A stretch of DNA of 60,262 nt, the filler included, from Bipalium vagum (taxonomy: Eukaryota), in the NCBI GenBank assembly GCA_037834085.1. It is 3 parts of 3 records of this genome, joined end to end, with 100 filler letters (N's around TTAATTAATTAA, not from the genome) between each part and the next. Parts side by side here need not be neighbours in the genome. Positions count along the whole stretch, not along the records: positions 21,801 to 44,440 come from JBBMKC010218576.1; 2 more parts are not named here. One strand, 5' to 3'. Shown piece by piece: positions 25,983-38,966 of the stretch; the stretch's first letter is position 1; every line of letters begins with the position of its first letter. The position numbers were made by a program, and so were the translations under genes. The notes under the pieces were generated by a model. It was not told the DNA's origin. It searched no databases and was given only the letters and a program-made list of their open reading frames with translations.

Positions 25983-26756
25983 TATCTATTTCTGTTGATA
26001 TTTTTCCGCTTAGTGCTCTTTTTCAACAGAAATAGATTTCAATGTTCAGGAAATATAAATTATGTCTGAAAGGTCTTCATATTGAGACTGGACCTTCGTA
26101 GTTCAGTTTTTCAGTCTTTTTTCCTGACGACATTATCAAAATTAAAGAGAAATAGTTCCAGATTTTGAAAAAGGACATGAAAAAAGAATTAGAAAACCAT
26201 AATATTCAAACAAAAGTTATTATAAAAAAACCTTCAAATCAGAGAGAAAATGCTAAACTGTATTAGGAGTGTTCATTTCCAAGACAACTGAGGATGGGGC
26301 AAGTCAAAAAAGAAAAGTTAGAAAATTTGAACGACAAAGTAACAAGGATAAAGACCAAAATTTATTTGACTGATAAAATAATTTTAGTCATACTATTATA
26401 AATTTTAAATATTTGGTCAGTGAAAATCAATTTATGAATATTAAAACAAATCGTAATTTAAAATCATGTGTAATAATAATTAAACATTTAAAATCCAAAA
26501 ACCACTGACAAAAGTACATTTAAAAAGCTCCAAAAATGAACATTAAAACAAATGTGAAAGCCATAATATTTTTTGTTTAAATAATTACAATTATTATTTA
26601 ATTTTGTTTAAATTTTAATAACAAATAATTTAAACGTTTTTCTTTTAAAATTAATAGAAAAACAATTTTATAGAGATTTTTCATTGACCTAAAATGTGGT
26701 TTTGCAATTAAAAATGTCCTAACGACAAGTCCTTATAGAATTCAACTCTTTACATT

Positions 26757-29700
26757 TTATACAATGGTTAATATAGCGCTTGGAACAGCGGATAGATTAG
26801 GCGACCTATTTGTATATACAAGTAAACACTGCTGAATCTTGAATACGGAGATTAATATTAGTAATTTATTACTTAATTAATTAAATTATTATCGCACCAG
26901 TTTATACTTATGACATTATATTCACGTTTATATAATAGAAGTCCACCTTAAATGGAAGTGATTGACATTTAATAAAAATAATATAATTATAATCTCACAT
27001 AATTTATTAAAATAATATATAAATAATAATAATAATATAAAGCAATTTTTAAAAGTGAAAATATATAAATTCTAATTTAATTATTTTTTAAAAGTATTAA
27101 TAATGAAAAATCGATTATTAATATAAAAATGAGACTTTTCGTCAAAGTATTGATCATAAAGAAATAGATTTTCTATAATAAGTGTAGATCAAAAAAATTA
27201 ACTTAAATAAAAATGCAGGAGATGAATCTGTTTATCTTTAATACTGATGAGAAATAATGATTCAAAAACTGGTAACTCAACTTATCACCGTTACTATGGT
27301 GATCATCTACTAATCAACGGGTGTACCTTGTAGAACTGTGCTTCGAAATGAAAAAGTTTGTTTAAATAATGTGTACTGTGTCTTAAAGTCAATTGAGGAA
27401 TGGCTTAAATTGCCAAGAAGGTTAAAATAAATAAAATTTATTTTCCATAATTGTACCAGCCAAAGCGCCGGTGTGATATTAATTTTTAATCAATTTTACA
27501 AAAATCAAATTTTAAATCCAAATAAACTTATTATTTTTTATTGATTTTTAACTATTTTCATCCAATAAAAATAGATATAATTAATAAAATTTTTTATTAA
27601 ATTCATATATTATTTTAAGGATAATATTTATTTTTTAATGATTTTCTTAAGCATCTTATTTATGTATGCAATTTTGCTTACGATTTTTGTTTACTTGAAA
27701 AATGGGTAAACAAACTGTGTCCACCAATAATAAAAATAAAAAAATATTTTACCTCCACTATCTCTTATTTTTCGGCGCATCATCATCGGTTGACAAACGT
27801 CTGAAAAAAATTAATCCATTAAATATTGATATAATTATTTTTCGATTAATTTCATTTAATTAATTATTGATTAATAATTTTTCAATTTTCAATATTGTTA
27901 TTGTAAATCAAGAATTAATCATTAGAAAAACGAACTTTGCGATGGAACACTGTGGTCTGAACCATTATCACTTCTAAGCTCTAAGGGGTAATTAGAGAAA
28001 CAATGGCAACCACTTTTCAGGAGACTGGAACTTTGGGCACTATTTAACAGCATATAATCTGGCCTGAAGAGAATCAATTTAAACAAAACTTCAGAGATAT
28101 AATCCTGAACTACCTTCTTTGTTGACTGTTCGTCGTGGCAACAGAGTTATTCTCCAGAAAAATATCTAAATTGTAGACAATATCAAATTGACGTCATTCG
28201 GCAATTGTTGGTGCATTATCGATTGTAACAGGAATTAATTCATAATTTGTTTTAATTATTTCACATCTTTAAGATAATTTTCATATAAGTATAATATTTA
28301 AATGTTTTTGAAAATGAAATTTGTTTATGATGTTCCACTCCTCGTTTCTATTGAACAATTTCCACGTCTTCGAGCTTATATCTGCTCGAATGGTAAAAAA
28401 TTGCAACAAGTTAGATTTGACGTCATCAAAAATAGTAAGACTTGTCCCTTTTAAGAACCAAACAAATGCTAATTCGAATGAAAGAGATCAGCGCAATATG
28501 GTAAGTGTGGCAATATATCTCAACTAAGGTTCTTTAATTTGTGCCAAAGGCCAAAGAAATGTGCGGTTTTGAATGTTCATAATGAAAAACACTTGCCTTT
28601 GAGGTTTGCCAATTTTCGGTGTTTTACTTGGATTTCTGAAAAAAGATCTTATCAGTTGATCAATGTAAATATCAGAATTAGTTTTGATGATCACAACTAA
28701 CACAGCATAACTTTCTTTTGATGATTGTCAGTCTGGAACGACATCTGCGCTGTTTCCTCTGATTGCACCATTTCCCATCACAAATTGTTTCAAAACTTAG
28801 ATTTTTTTGTTTGATAAGCAAATTGCAAATTTCAAAGCATTATGTAATGTGACTTTACCTAAGTTGGTAAGAAACCAATAAATCCAGATTTCCACTTAAC
28901 ATATATGCCTCATATGGCTTTCAATGGTTACTTGTGATACTTTGATTTTCCTTGAAATGTTACTCGTTGTTTTGTGACCATTCTCTTTGATTAGCTCATT
29001 GATTTCGAATTCACTGACGGCCAGATCGTTGCTGATTTTTGACTGAAAAATAACTCTCAGAATTTTTTAAACCAATTCCTACACGGACATTCTTTTAATA
29101 CATTCTCTCTTTACACTTCATATTTTCTTTGCAAACTTGTGGTGCATTTTTACTTATCGATAATAGAAAAGTAAAATTAACCTCAAATTCGTCTTCCACA
29201 CTAAAGATGACAAAAAAACAAAACAAATCAATTAATAAATTAATTTAAATGTTGAAATTTGAATCCACCGCCTCTCTTTTAATGTTATTTAAACAATGAT
29301 TATTTTATTTAAAATTAAGTTAAATTGAAGTTAAATTTCTTTATTGAACATCGTTAAACTGGTTTGATAAATGTTTTAACTGTATATTTTTGGCAGACGT
29401 TCATCTCCTTTGGAATATAAATAAATAATATTTATCAGATTGGTCACTTTCTTCATATTATTTAAACAAGACACATACTTTTATTATTAATACAATACAA
29501 TTAATACAATTATTAACGAATAATATTAATTATTACTATTAGAATTATTACGTTTTGGCTTCTTCCGGCGACATTTAAGCAGAACGAGCGTCAATAATGT
29601 CAGAAACAGAAGTACCAGAATCCCAACCACACCGATAATAATCGCGACCATCATTTCCATGGTCATTTCTAGTCCGTTTGAGAGAGCTGCAAAAAATGAA

Positions 29701-32700
29701 AAGATATTACTTTCGTTTTTCGTTGAAAAATTGTTCATTATTTCCATGGTGAATTACGTTCTTTATTTACAAAATTTGTGAAAAGAAAATTATTAACAAT
29801 AAAGACTTAAAATATAAATATAAAACGGTGATGCGGAGGATGAGGATGATAATAAAGACCCTTAATTATTTTCAATTCCCATGAAACGCTTTGATTGAAA
29901 CGACTGAAGAAAAAAGGGGGAAAGTTTTATAACTCTTTGAAAAGGCCCACCGTGGAATAAGGGGTAAATTAATCATTTTTTATGTCTGTAATTGATCCAA
30001 CTGCATTCAGAAGATCATTATGAAATTTTGATTTAGAAATAATAGTAATAATAATAATAATAATTTTAGGAAAGTTGTGGATTTAATCTGTCAATTTGTC
30101 TGAAAAAAATGCTAATTAATCCACTGTTTATTTAATTAATTATATTTTTTGGTCTACGCTAATGCAATAAATATAATTTTTTCTCTCCTTTTCAGTTTCC
30201 CTAAATCACGAGATTGTTATTATTAATAATATTATTATATATTAAAATAAATAAATTAAATTAAAAAAATATTTTAACTGAATAAACATATAAATATACT
30301 TACTCCAGTCCATAAAAAATGGATTTAATAAATGACTATTTTTTACGTTAATGAATTCTTTTAAATAATCAATTTTGTTTATTTTATTGCTAATCTTTTG
30401 AATTTAGAAATTTCAAATCTTTTGGAGGATCAAAAATATTTTTACTACTGAATTATGAAAGGTTGTTTGTCAAAATGATACAGGTGGAACTCAAATATGA
30501 TACGGTCAAAGATTTATGCCAGTCTTTCAATGTCAACAAAAACTATGCCAGAAAATTTCAAGATCAGTTTTTTTAACGTGGTACGTTGGATAGAAAGCAA
30601 GGATATGGAAGAAATTATATTGAAAATTATGAAGAGCGATGAAAAGTAATGTCAGCAACAATTCGTAAAAAAAATATTAAAAAATTTCAGTTAAAATAAT
30701 CCTTTTTGAAAGTTGCAGTCCTACGTGATTCTAACATTCGTTTTAGTACATTGATTAACCTTAACTTCGGTGCACGCTGTCTTTTAAAATATCTAAAATT
30801 CATCTTCAAATTTTATTGCATACATGTCTTGGATATGTTGAAGTTATTAGCCAAATATCTTTGACCTTTTTAACCGTATTTTGCTACGTTTCCTGAATCT
30901 GTTAGTTATTTTTTGGAGGACAACCTGTTCCAGGCGTCTCATAATATGAGAGACCATTTTTGAATCGTTTAATGACACGATAAAAATGGTTCTTGCAATA
31001 CGTTCAGCTTGGAAATATCTAATGACATCTGATATTTTCATTCGTCCAATGAGAAATTATATTCGTTTCTGAATATCCTCCTTTTTTCTATAAAGGTTGT
31101 CATCCAAGTTGTGTTTATTATAAATGAAAAGCAAATTAAGAAACCTATAAATCTATATGCAATTGATTTTTTTTCCCACAAACATATAAATAAAAATTAT
31201 GTAATCGATTCTTAGTTTTAAAAAACTAATTATTAAGTTATTTCAATTTTAGATTAAAATAAAAGAATGTCAAACTTCATTATGAAAATTTTATCAGAAC
31301 TATTTCTTGTAATATTGGTACCCAATTTGGTTAAAAGAAAAACAAATAAAAAGAAAATCAGTAGGAAACATTATGAATAATAAAATGAAAATTTTCAAAG
31401 TACATATTCAAAGTTATACTACCAAATAAATAAAACTGGTAAATTTAAACAAAAAAAGATAAACAGCCAATATTTATTGACAACCTAATCATTTTTTCAT
31501 ATGAAGTCAACATCTTACCTAGATCCTTCTGAATAGAATTGGTTATCTGAAGGAGAGTTGAACCATTATATACAAGAAGCCTATAACTAAATAAATTTGG
31601 AGACTTTTCTAAAGTTACAGTTGCTTGTCCAGAGCTGGGCTTTGGGATTTGCATATCCTTGCAGCGGTTGGCTTCTTGTAAAGTACATATTCTCAGAACC
31701 AAATGGGAAAAATGTCCTGATGAAGGAGGTTCATAAAACACTGTAACTTTTCGACCATTATATTCTAGACGAATTTTCGATTCCGATATTGATATGTCTT
31801 CTACAGTAAGAAATATAAGTTCAATGAATGACGTTAAAATGAGAAAGTAAAGTGAAAATTATTACCAGAAGGATATATGTTAAATTTCAATGTCTTCGAC
31901 CCCAACTTATTTCTCACTTCACAAAAATAGTCTCCATAATCTGATGTGGTTATGGAACTGATACTGAGTTGAATCGTGTAGTTCTCGAACAGAGAGTACT
32001 TAATTCTTCCGAAGGGTTTCATGCTTATGAGCTGCTTCTGACCGGGTATGGTTTGCATATTGACGTTGTGATTATCCTGTTCGTAGAACTTGGAAACCGT
32101 TCTGATATTTTGTTGAAAATACCACTTAATGACGACCTTGGTAGGGTTTGACAGCAAATTGACATTTAAATCAATATTTGATCCTGGTTTTACATATAAT
32201 CTGTTTGACGTTTGGTGATTGAGTATCGGTTTATCTTGGAGATACAAACAGGTTAGTCTCATTATTGATACAACAGATTCTTACAGAAAACATCGAGAAA
32301 TAAATATCCAGAAGCCACGCCTCCTGGTGAACGGATATGACAAGAGTACCAGCCACGGTCTTTATATGTAATTGAAGAAATATTCAGGACCGGACTTTGA
32401 TAAAATGCAAAACTATCGGATAATCGAGAACAGCTTTGTCGAATTTCTGGAGACGGTTTAATAGCCATGTCACTATTCTGTGGAGACAGATATGAAATAT
32501 TCACTGGACAGAATTCCCATTGAAAATTGTATTCCGAAGTACTGGAGGGATTTCCACCTGATGTATAACACTGAAGATGAACTTTATCACTCTCCTCAAC
32601 TGATTTTGGCATGGAAACGACTTGAATAACCGGCGGATCTAAATTATTTCAAATGGAGGGATATCAATCCGTGCGAAAGATGTCTACTAGACTAATACTA

Positions 32701-35700
32701 ATTAAACTTATCCGAGTTTTGATCTTTACAAATAGAAAATAAGCTGAAAAGTACAATTGGATTCAAAACGTTTCGATAATTTTCAAAAGGTATTGTCTCT
32801 TTCAAAGTAGTTCCCAATCACTGAAACACACTTATACAGTGTAACCAGTTTAATATCACCTCGCTTAATATCACGACCTGTTTAATATGCACTGTACATT
32901 GTTTTCCTAATCATTAAGTGCCTTTATATTCTGGTTCCGGTATAGTTTTCAGGACCTGTAGTAAATGATCCTAAATCTCTTCTACTGGCTCCAAATCATA
33001 GCCCCAAAAATAGTCGCACCTTTGCCGAGAAAAGAGAGGAGTCATGCTGAGTCATATCACGTGAATATGGTACTTGAGGAATGGTTTTAGTTTGATGTGC
33101 GGCGAAAATATCACGAATAACGAGAGCAGTGTGTATAAGTAAGATGGTACATTTTGTTTCAGTGGTAAATAAAAAACGAATTTCTTGTTTGAATGTTACC
33201 TTTGCACTAATACATGACTTAAACAATTTAATTTTAATTTGTTCTCTTTTATTTTTATAATTTTATGTAATTTTAATTATTTATATATAATAATATATTA
33301 TGTCGTTATTATATTACTATTTTATTATGCTATTATATCTCTTTACTTATTAAGATGAACATTCAGGTCGAAGGAAGATTGGTCTATGAAAAGAATTCTG
33401 TCCAAGAAGTTCGTGCATGTTTCAACTTTCTCCAGAAATGCTTAGTGGAATTTAAGTCTTTCATTAAGTGCAAAAGGTGGTTCATATCTTTTTTTATGGA
33501 AATAAATTTGATTTATCTTCGGAACGCGCTGTACCGTTGATTTTGAAATACCTGTACTCCAACTCGGTGAACTTTATTGGTGTATTCTACCAATATCCTC
33601 AACATTGCATTGAATTTCTTTTCTGCCTGGTGGACTTGTTTGAAATAAAGATCCTGTTCTTAAAAACTTGTTTATCAAGTATTTTAAGGAAGAATGAAGA
33701 ATTCTTTTGTCCTTGTTCTTTATATTGTTGTAATGATAAGCACGTCGTCTCCATGTAAACAATAAAATTTTATCCTCCAATAACAAATCCATTTATAATT
33801 CGCGCTATGTTATTTAAAATAAAGTAGTGTAATAAAACAAAACCCCTATTATATTAATTTCACAAGTATATGTGGGACATAATATAATTATTACTATATT
33901 ATAAAATTCATTATTTTATTGTTTTAAGAATAATATGATATATACGAAAAGCCATCATAAAAATGTGCATTGTTTTCGAAATTGTATTCCATTTAAAGTT
34001 CATCCTAGTCCCAGGACCTTTAACTATTTATCCCAATTTAGAACTTTACTTGATGCTGGAAACTTCATTGATAAATATTATTGTCATGTGAAAGATTTAT
34101 TAAAAAATATCGTTACGTTCGACACAATGATCATAACCTCATAAAGGTCGGATCAAAGTGCTATATCAATATTTGGCTTTAATCCATCATTCTTGGTGTT
34201 GTTTTAATGAGAGATGTCGTATTGGAAAGTGATAAATAAAGCTATATCAAATAATTAGTCAAGAATATAACACATTATCAAAGGAAGGCAGTTTGGTTTT
34301 ATTATTTGTAAGAAGTTCAAAGTCAATCTCGTCTTTGGTAAATAAACAAATCTTTATTTATTTATGTGTAATTAGTGCAGAGGTCAATACCTCATTGCAA
34401 GTGAACAGTCGGAATGGTCATTACTCTAGAGCTAAATCAATCACAATTAATGACTTACATAATATTTTGAGCAAATATTCTTTACTGGTCTCGGTAGGCA
34501 GATAGGCATGGGTGACAACACATTTGTACATGGTACCGTGATTGAGTCTGCTTGAGCCGTGAATACTGAGAGTGCTAGATAGAGAGACTCCACTGTAATT
34601 GGCCGGATTCTAAGGTTTCAATAGAGTTTAGTGGAATATGAAGATGTTAGACAAAGATGTTATACCATATCTACATTGGAATGTGAAGTTATGTCTTCAG
34701 TGCGTTTTCCTGGTTCCGTTTTAAACCACTGAATTTTCGGTTGAGGATTAGCTGCTCCGGTAAAACAAGTTAAGGTCACTTTCTCACCTTCAGGAATTGG
34801 TCCAAGAGGATTTGAATTTAAGGCAATATGGTTTGGCGCAACTATGAATTATTTAATATATTATTTTCTTTATATTTTTATTAATTTAATAATCAAAATA
34901 ATAATATTTATTTATCTCCTTCATGTTTCAGACTTTTTCCCCATACTATTCATAAATCAGGGTCACTAACAAAATCGTAGAGCATCACTTTTAAAACATA
35001 AAGTCACCCGGAAAGTCCTCTGGATTTTTGAATATATATAAGTTAATTTGTTTAAATGAACTAATGCAGCGCTAAAATATTTTTAAATAGAAAATTTCAT
35101 TATGAAAAAACTACAATTATATTCGTCACTTATTTCAACATTACAAGAAGGGTAAAAATGTTCAAATTACCAACAATAAGATTTGTGAAGTTTACGGATA
35201 AGGTGTTTTGTCAAAAGAATCGTTCGAAAATGGTTTCTCAAATTCACAGGTCAGAATTCAAACTGGATGATCATGCGTGTTTTGGACCCGAACCTGGTTG
35301 TGATAGCCAAAAGACCAGATGCCAGAATTCTCGCCTCAATGTTACAAAATTGACATAAATACTCAAAATAACACTGAGTGTCATTCAACATCATATACAA
35401 AACTGCTATTTTTCAATCATTATGATATTTTGATTACCCATAACCTAAGAGAAAAGTTTCGAATTGCTCGAGCCTATGCTTTTTTGCTGTGAAAAAATGA
35501 TTATTTGTCTTTTTAAAAGCAGATTGTAACGGGAGATGAGAAATGTATTCAATGTCTGTGATAAAGGCTGGTGAAATTCCTTTCGAATCCCAACAAAGCA
35601 GAGTTGAGAATATGGATGGACAATGGTAATTCACCAAAAAATTCTCATCTGACTTTGCTCATTTGGATTATTGTTTTTTCTTATTCGTCTAAAATCCATT

Positions 35701-37338
35701 AACCAGTAGGATTTGTGATTCATCGGAGGTTATCAAAAAGCACTTGGATAAATTCTCCGGATTTCTGTAGAAGATGGGTTTTTCAACTACCAGATCGATG
35801 GCGAAGACTAAATAAACAGGATGGAGAAATTTTTATTAAATAAAAGTGTTACAAATTGTTGGACTTTTTTCTTATATGGCACCGGACTTTCCGGATAACT
35901 TATTAATATATTTAAAATATTTATTGAGATATTTATGAATATTTTTATTTTAATTTTTTTTTAATTTTAATTATCATTTTAATTTAATTTTACAATGATT
36001 TTAAACATATTTTGAAATACTTAACGGTACATGTCACATTCATGAATATTTATTTATTTTTATTAATATTATTCAGTGTTGTAGCATTATTAATACGGTA
36101 AATGTAGGCTTTGAAGGATCTGAAGTTCTGACTAACTATAAAATATAAAGTGCACATTAATTACATAATAGCAATTGTCACAATACTTTAATTATTAATT
36201 AAATTATTCATTTTTCAATAATTTTAACCAATTAATAAGTATCTGATTAATTAAAACAAATGTATTAATTTTAATTTTTTAAATAAAATAATAATTAACT
36301 GAAATGTAAAAGCTTTTTTATTAAAAAGATATCATAAACCTCAAGATATTTTAAAAACTGCTTTAAAGTTAAATAATATAATCATTAATTTTAATNNNNN
36401 NNNNNNNNNNNNNNNNNNNNNNNNNNNNNNNNNNNNNNNNNNNNNNNNNNNNNNNNNNNNNNNNNNNNNNNNNNNNNNNNNNNNNNNNNNNNNNNATTAA
36501 TATTGATTTATATTTTATATTAATATTGATTTATATTTTATATTAATATTGATTTATATTTTATATTAATATTGATTTATATTTTATATTAATATAATTT
36601 GAAAGGTATTTTATAGAATCAATGGTTCAATACTCACAGACCACAGTAATTATTTTGGTTTGGCTCAAGACCCTTCGACCTTGATAAGTAATGAAACACG
36701 TCACTCTGTAACCATTGTAAGCTTTAAGCAAGACCATGCGAACAGTGCTCTTGAGAATGTCCGTTTTGATATCCGTTTCTGATGTATCTGGTTCCAAAAT
36801 AGTCGAAACATTTTGTTTAGGAATTTTACGTCCCAGGTTGTCAACAAGTCCCCATTCAATATTGGACAGTGGTTCACTTCCTCCTTTCAATACACAAACG
36901 AATTGCTTTGATTGTGATTCTACCAACTGGTATTCCGGATCTTCGGTCAATTCAATTTTTTCTGGTGGATCTGAAAGCAATAATAAGATTAACATTCATA
37001 GAGAGTTTCCTCGTTATCATTATTATTATAGAGTTGGTACATGATATAAGTGCACTTACAATTAACTTTCACCATTACGACATTAGACGTCAAGGAAGAC
37101 ATCCTTCCAGCGATCTTTTCCAATTTACAAAAAAACTTTGCATTGTTGTCTTGCTTGGTGAGAACAATGCTTTTGTCAATTAACTTCTTTGGGGCTTCGC
37201 TGAACCTTTCGTGGAATACATTGAGAACTGGTACGGGATTACCGCCTTCTGCAGAGCACTGAAATGATACCAGAGACCCTATCTCATGCCTCTTTTCTTC
37301 GGGTGATGATGATGTTAAGGTTACCTTCTTTGGAAAGT
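26757..37338 (-). CDS. Nephrin/sidestep-like Ig-superfamily single-pass receptor, 5' part unresolved. Confident exons: 37338-37060, 36970-36638, 34841-34666, 34609-34459, 32638-32285, 32234-31866, 31800-31519 (FN3-like), 29686-29552 (TM). Probable cytoplasmic exons: 28165-28114, 28063-27936, 27800-27753, terminal ~26805-26757
   Basis: GT-AG junctions keep one open frame, with phase-1 introns between domains. Ig motifs include FQCSAEGGNPVP..AKFFC, FVCVLKGGSEP..W..YNGYRVTC, VTLTCFTGAANPQPKIQW..MYKC, LQCYTSGGNP..DRGWYSC and DYGDYFC, joined by YPP/FAP/YKP linkers. TM VAIIIGVVGILVLLFLTLLTLVLL is followed by KCRRKK. Confidence 0.85.
28250..29200 (-). mobile_element. Degraded mariner in an intron of the Ig gene
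   Basis: C-terminal HLPYCADLSHSN*HLFGS resembles HPPYSPDLAPSDYHLF. N-terminal CRNWFKN HTH remnant is also present. Confidence 0.6.
32700..33800 (-). mobile_element. Stacked Tc1/mariner remnants, including a ~58-bp TA-CAGTG...CACTG-TA mini element at 32837-32894
   Basis: IPQVPYSRDMTQHDSSLF (mariner-like, ORF 32996-33226) and LINKFLRTGSL..PGRK (Tc1-type HTH, ORF 33574-33792). Confidence 0.5.
34999..35903 (+). mobile_element. Deleted mariner element, same family as 24893-25982
   Basis: TIR-like ends AAGTCACCCGGAAAGTCC and GGACTTTCCGGATAACTT. Internal aaattaccaacaataagatttgtgaagtttacggataaggtg matches 25422-25462. Confidence 0.7.
36496..36595. repeat. 21-bp tandem minisatellite (attaatattgatttatatttt/a) abutting a gap
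   Basis: About four near-perfect copies visible. Confidence 0.85.
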
Positions 37339-38966
37339 CTGAAATCAATATAAATCTCAGGATTATATTATTATTATTATTATATATTATTATCATTATT
37401 TTTTTTTTATTTTAAAAATAAAATTGGATTAAGCTGTCGCATTTTTAAAATGCTTTTATTTTCTGAAAATCTGGAAAAATTAGCGTATCATGGAGCTACT
37501 TCTCTGTGATCTGTCACGACTATTAGCATATCCCCTGATACCCCAAACAATTCTAAGTCAAACGAATCAAATCATTGAAGAAAATATAGCCTTATCTTGC
37601 CATTCCTGATTAGGAGGGATAAAAAATCACTTTGGTATTGGCGTAAGATTTTCTACTCACAGATCTTTGTTGCCCGTCGTCCAATCAGAGCTGCCAATAG
37701 CTCTATGCATTGGTCTCGATCTCCTTTTTCGATTCATGGCCATAAGAAAATCATCAGAAAATTAGACAGTTAAATCAGAATAGATCCAATATTGATTTTA
37801 TATTGTTATTTATTGTTATTTTGATTGGTTATTTACTATTATAATATTAATTGTTAGAAATTTCAACAAATTCAGGCATATTTTTAACATGTTATTGATT
37901 AATGACACAAATAATACATCAATAAATTAATATAATGTGTCTTCATTGTATAAATGTTAATAATCAATAAATTTTAAAACTATTGATATTTTAAAGTTTA
38001 ATAAAACAACATTTTAGATACGATTTGGCACTTTTTAAAAATTCCAAACTATGTTTAAATACTCACATTTTATATATTATTGTTGTTAGTATAATTTTAT
38101 AAATTAAATTTTATTATTTAGTAATTATTTATTTACTATTAATAAAAACATAATAAAAGACAACAAAATTTATGGTAATATAATTAAATTTAAAAAGTAT
38201 AAAAATATCAAGAAATAATAAAATCCCTATAAAAATTTTTATAGAATTTTTATTGAAAAACTGATCTTGTTTGATCGAATCAGAGAATTTCGGTCGTTAC
38301 ATTGATATAATTGGTGATGTTCCGATGATTGTTCCTTCGTTATTTTATACAATTTTTATTAACTATAAATTATATTGCCGACTGCATGATGGCACATGCC
38401 TGACATAGTCCCGAAATAATAATAATAATAATAATCACAATTATTATCATTAATTAAATTAATTAAATATATATAATGAAAATAATATTGCAAATTATAA
38501 AGTGTATCATAAAGTATTAATTATAACGAGAATTAACATAATTAATTAAGCTTTATTTCTACAATTTGCAATTTTTTCTCTCAGCACTTAAGAGTTGTTT
38601 TAATTAAGGAATCTCTAATTGGATTTTTTTGTTTTTCCACATAACATATTTTACGAAGAATTCACTTCCTTTTACGCAATGGGTAAATTTTAATAAAAAA
38701 AACGTACAGCAGTTTCATACGATAGAAATTTTATATATTATTAAAATTACATTTTGCTTCAGTAATTAAAACAGGAAAATGAACGATTCACGAAAAAAAA
38801 TAATTTTTATTTTGCATATTAAAACAAAATAATATAAATATTTTGAAAAATATTTTTAGTTGTATTAAGTTTTTTCATCGTTGTTTATTATCAAAAATAA
38901 ATATTATTAACATTAAATATTATTCTAAATATTATTAATATATTAATAATATAAAAAATAAACAAA

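Noticed and set aside
37655-37745. Possible upstream exon of the Ig gene ending in a GTGAGT donor
   Set aside because: The only open frame ends in phase 2, but the next exon needs phase 1. No Ig or signal-peptide features.
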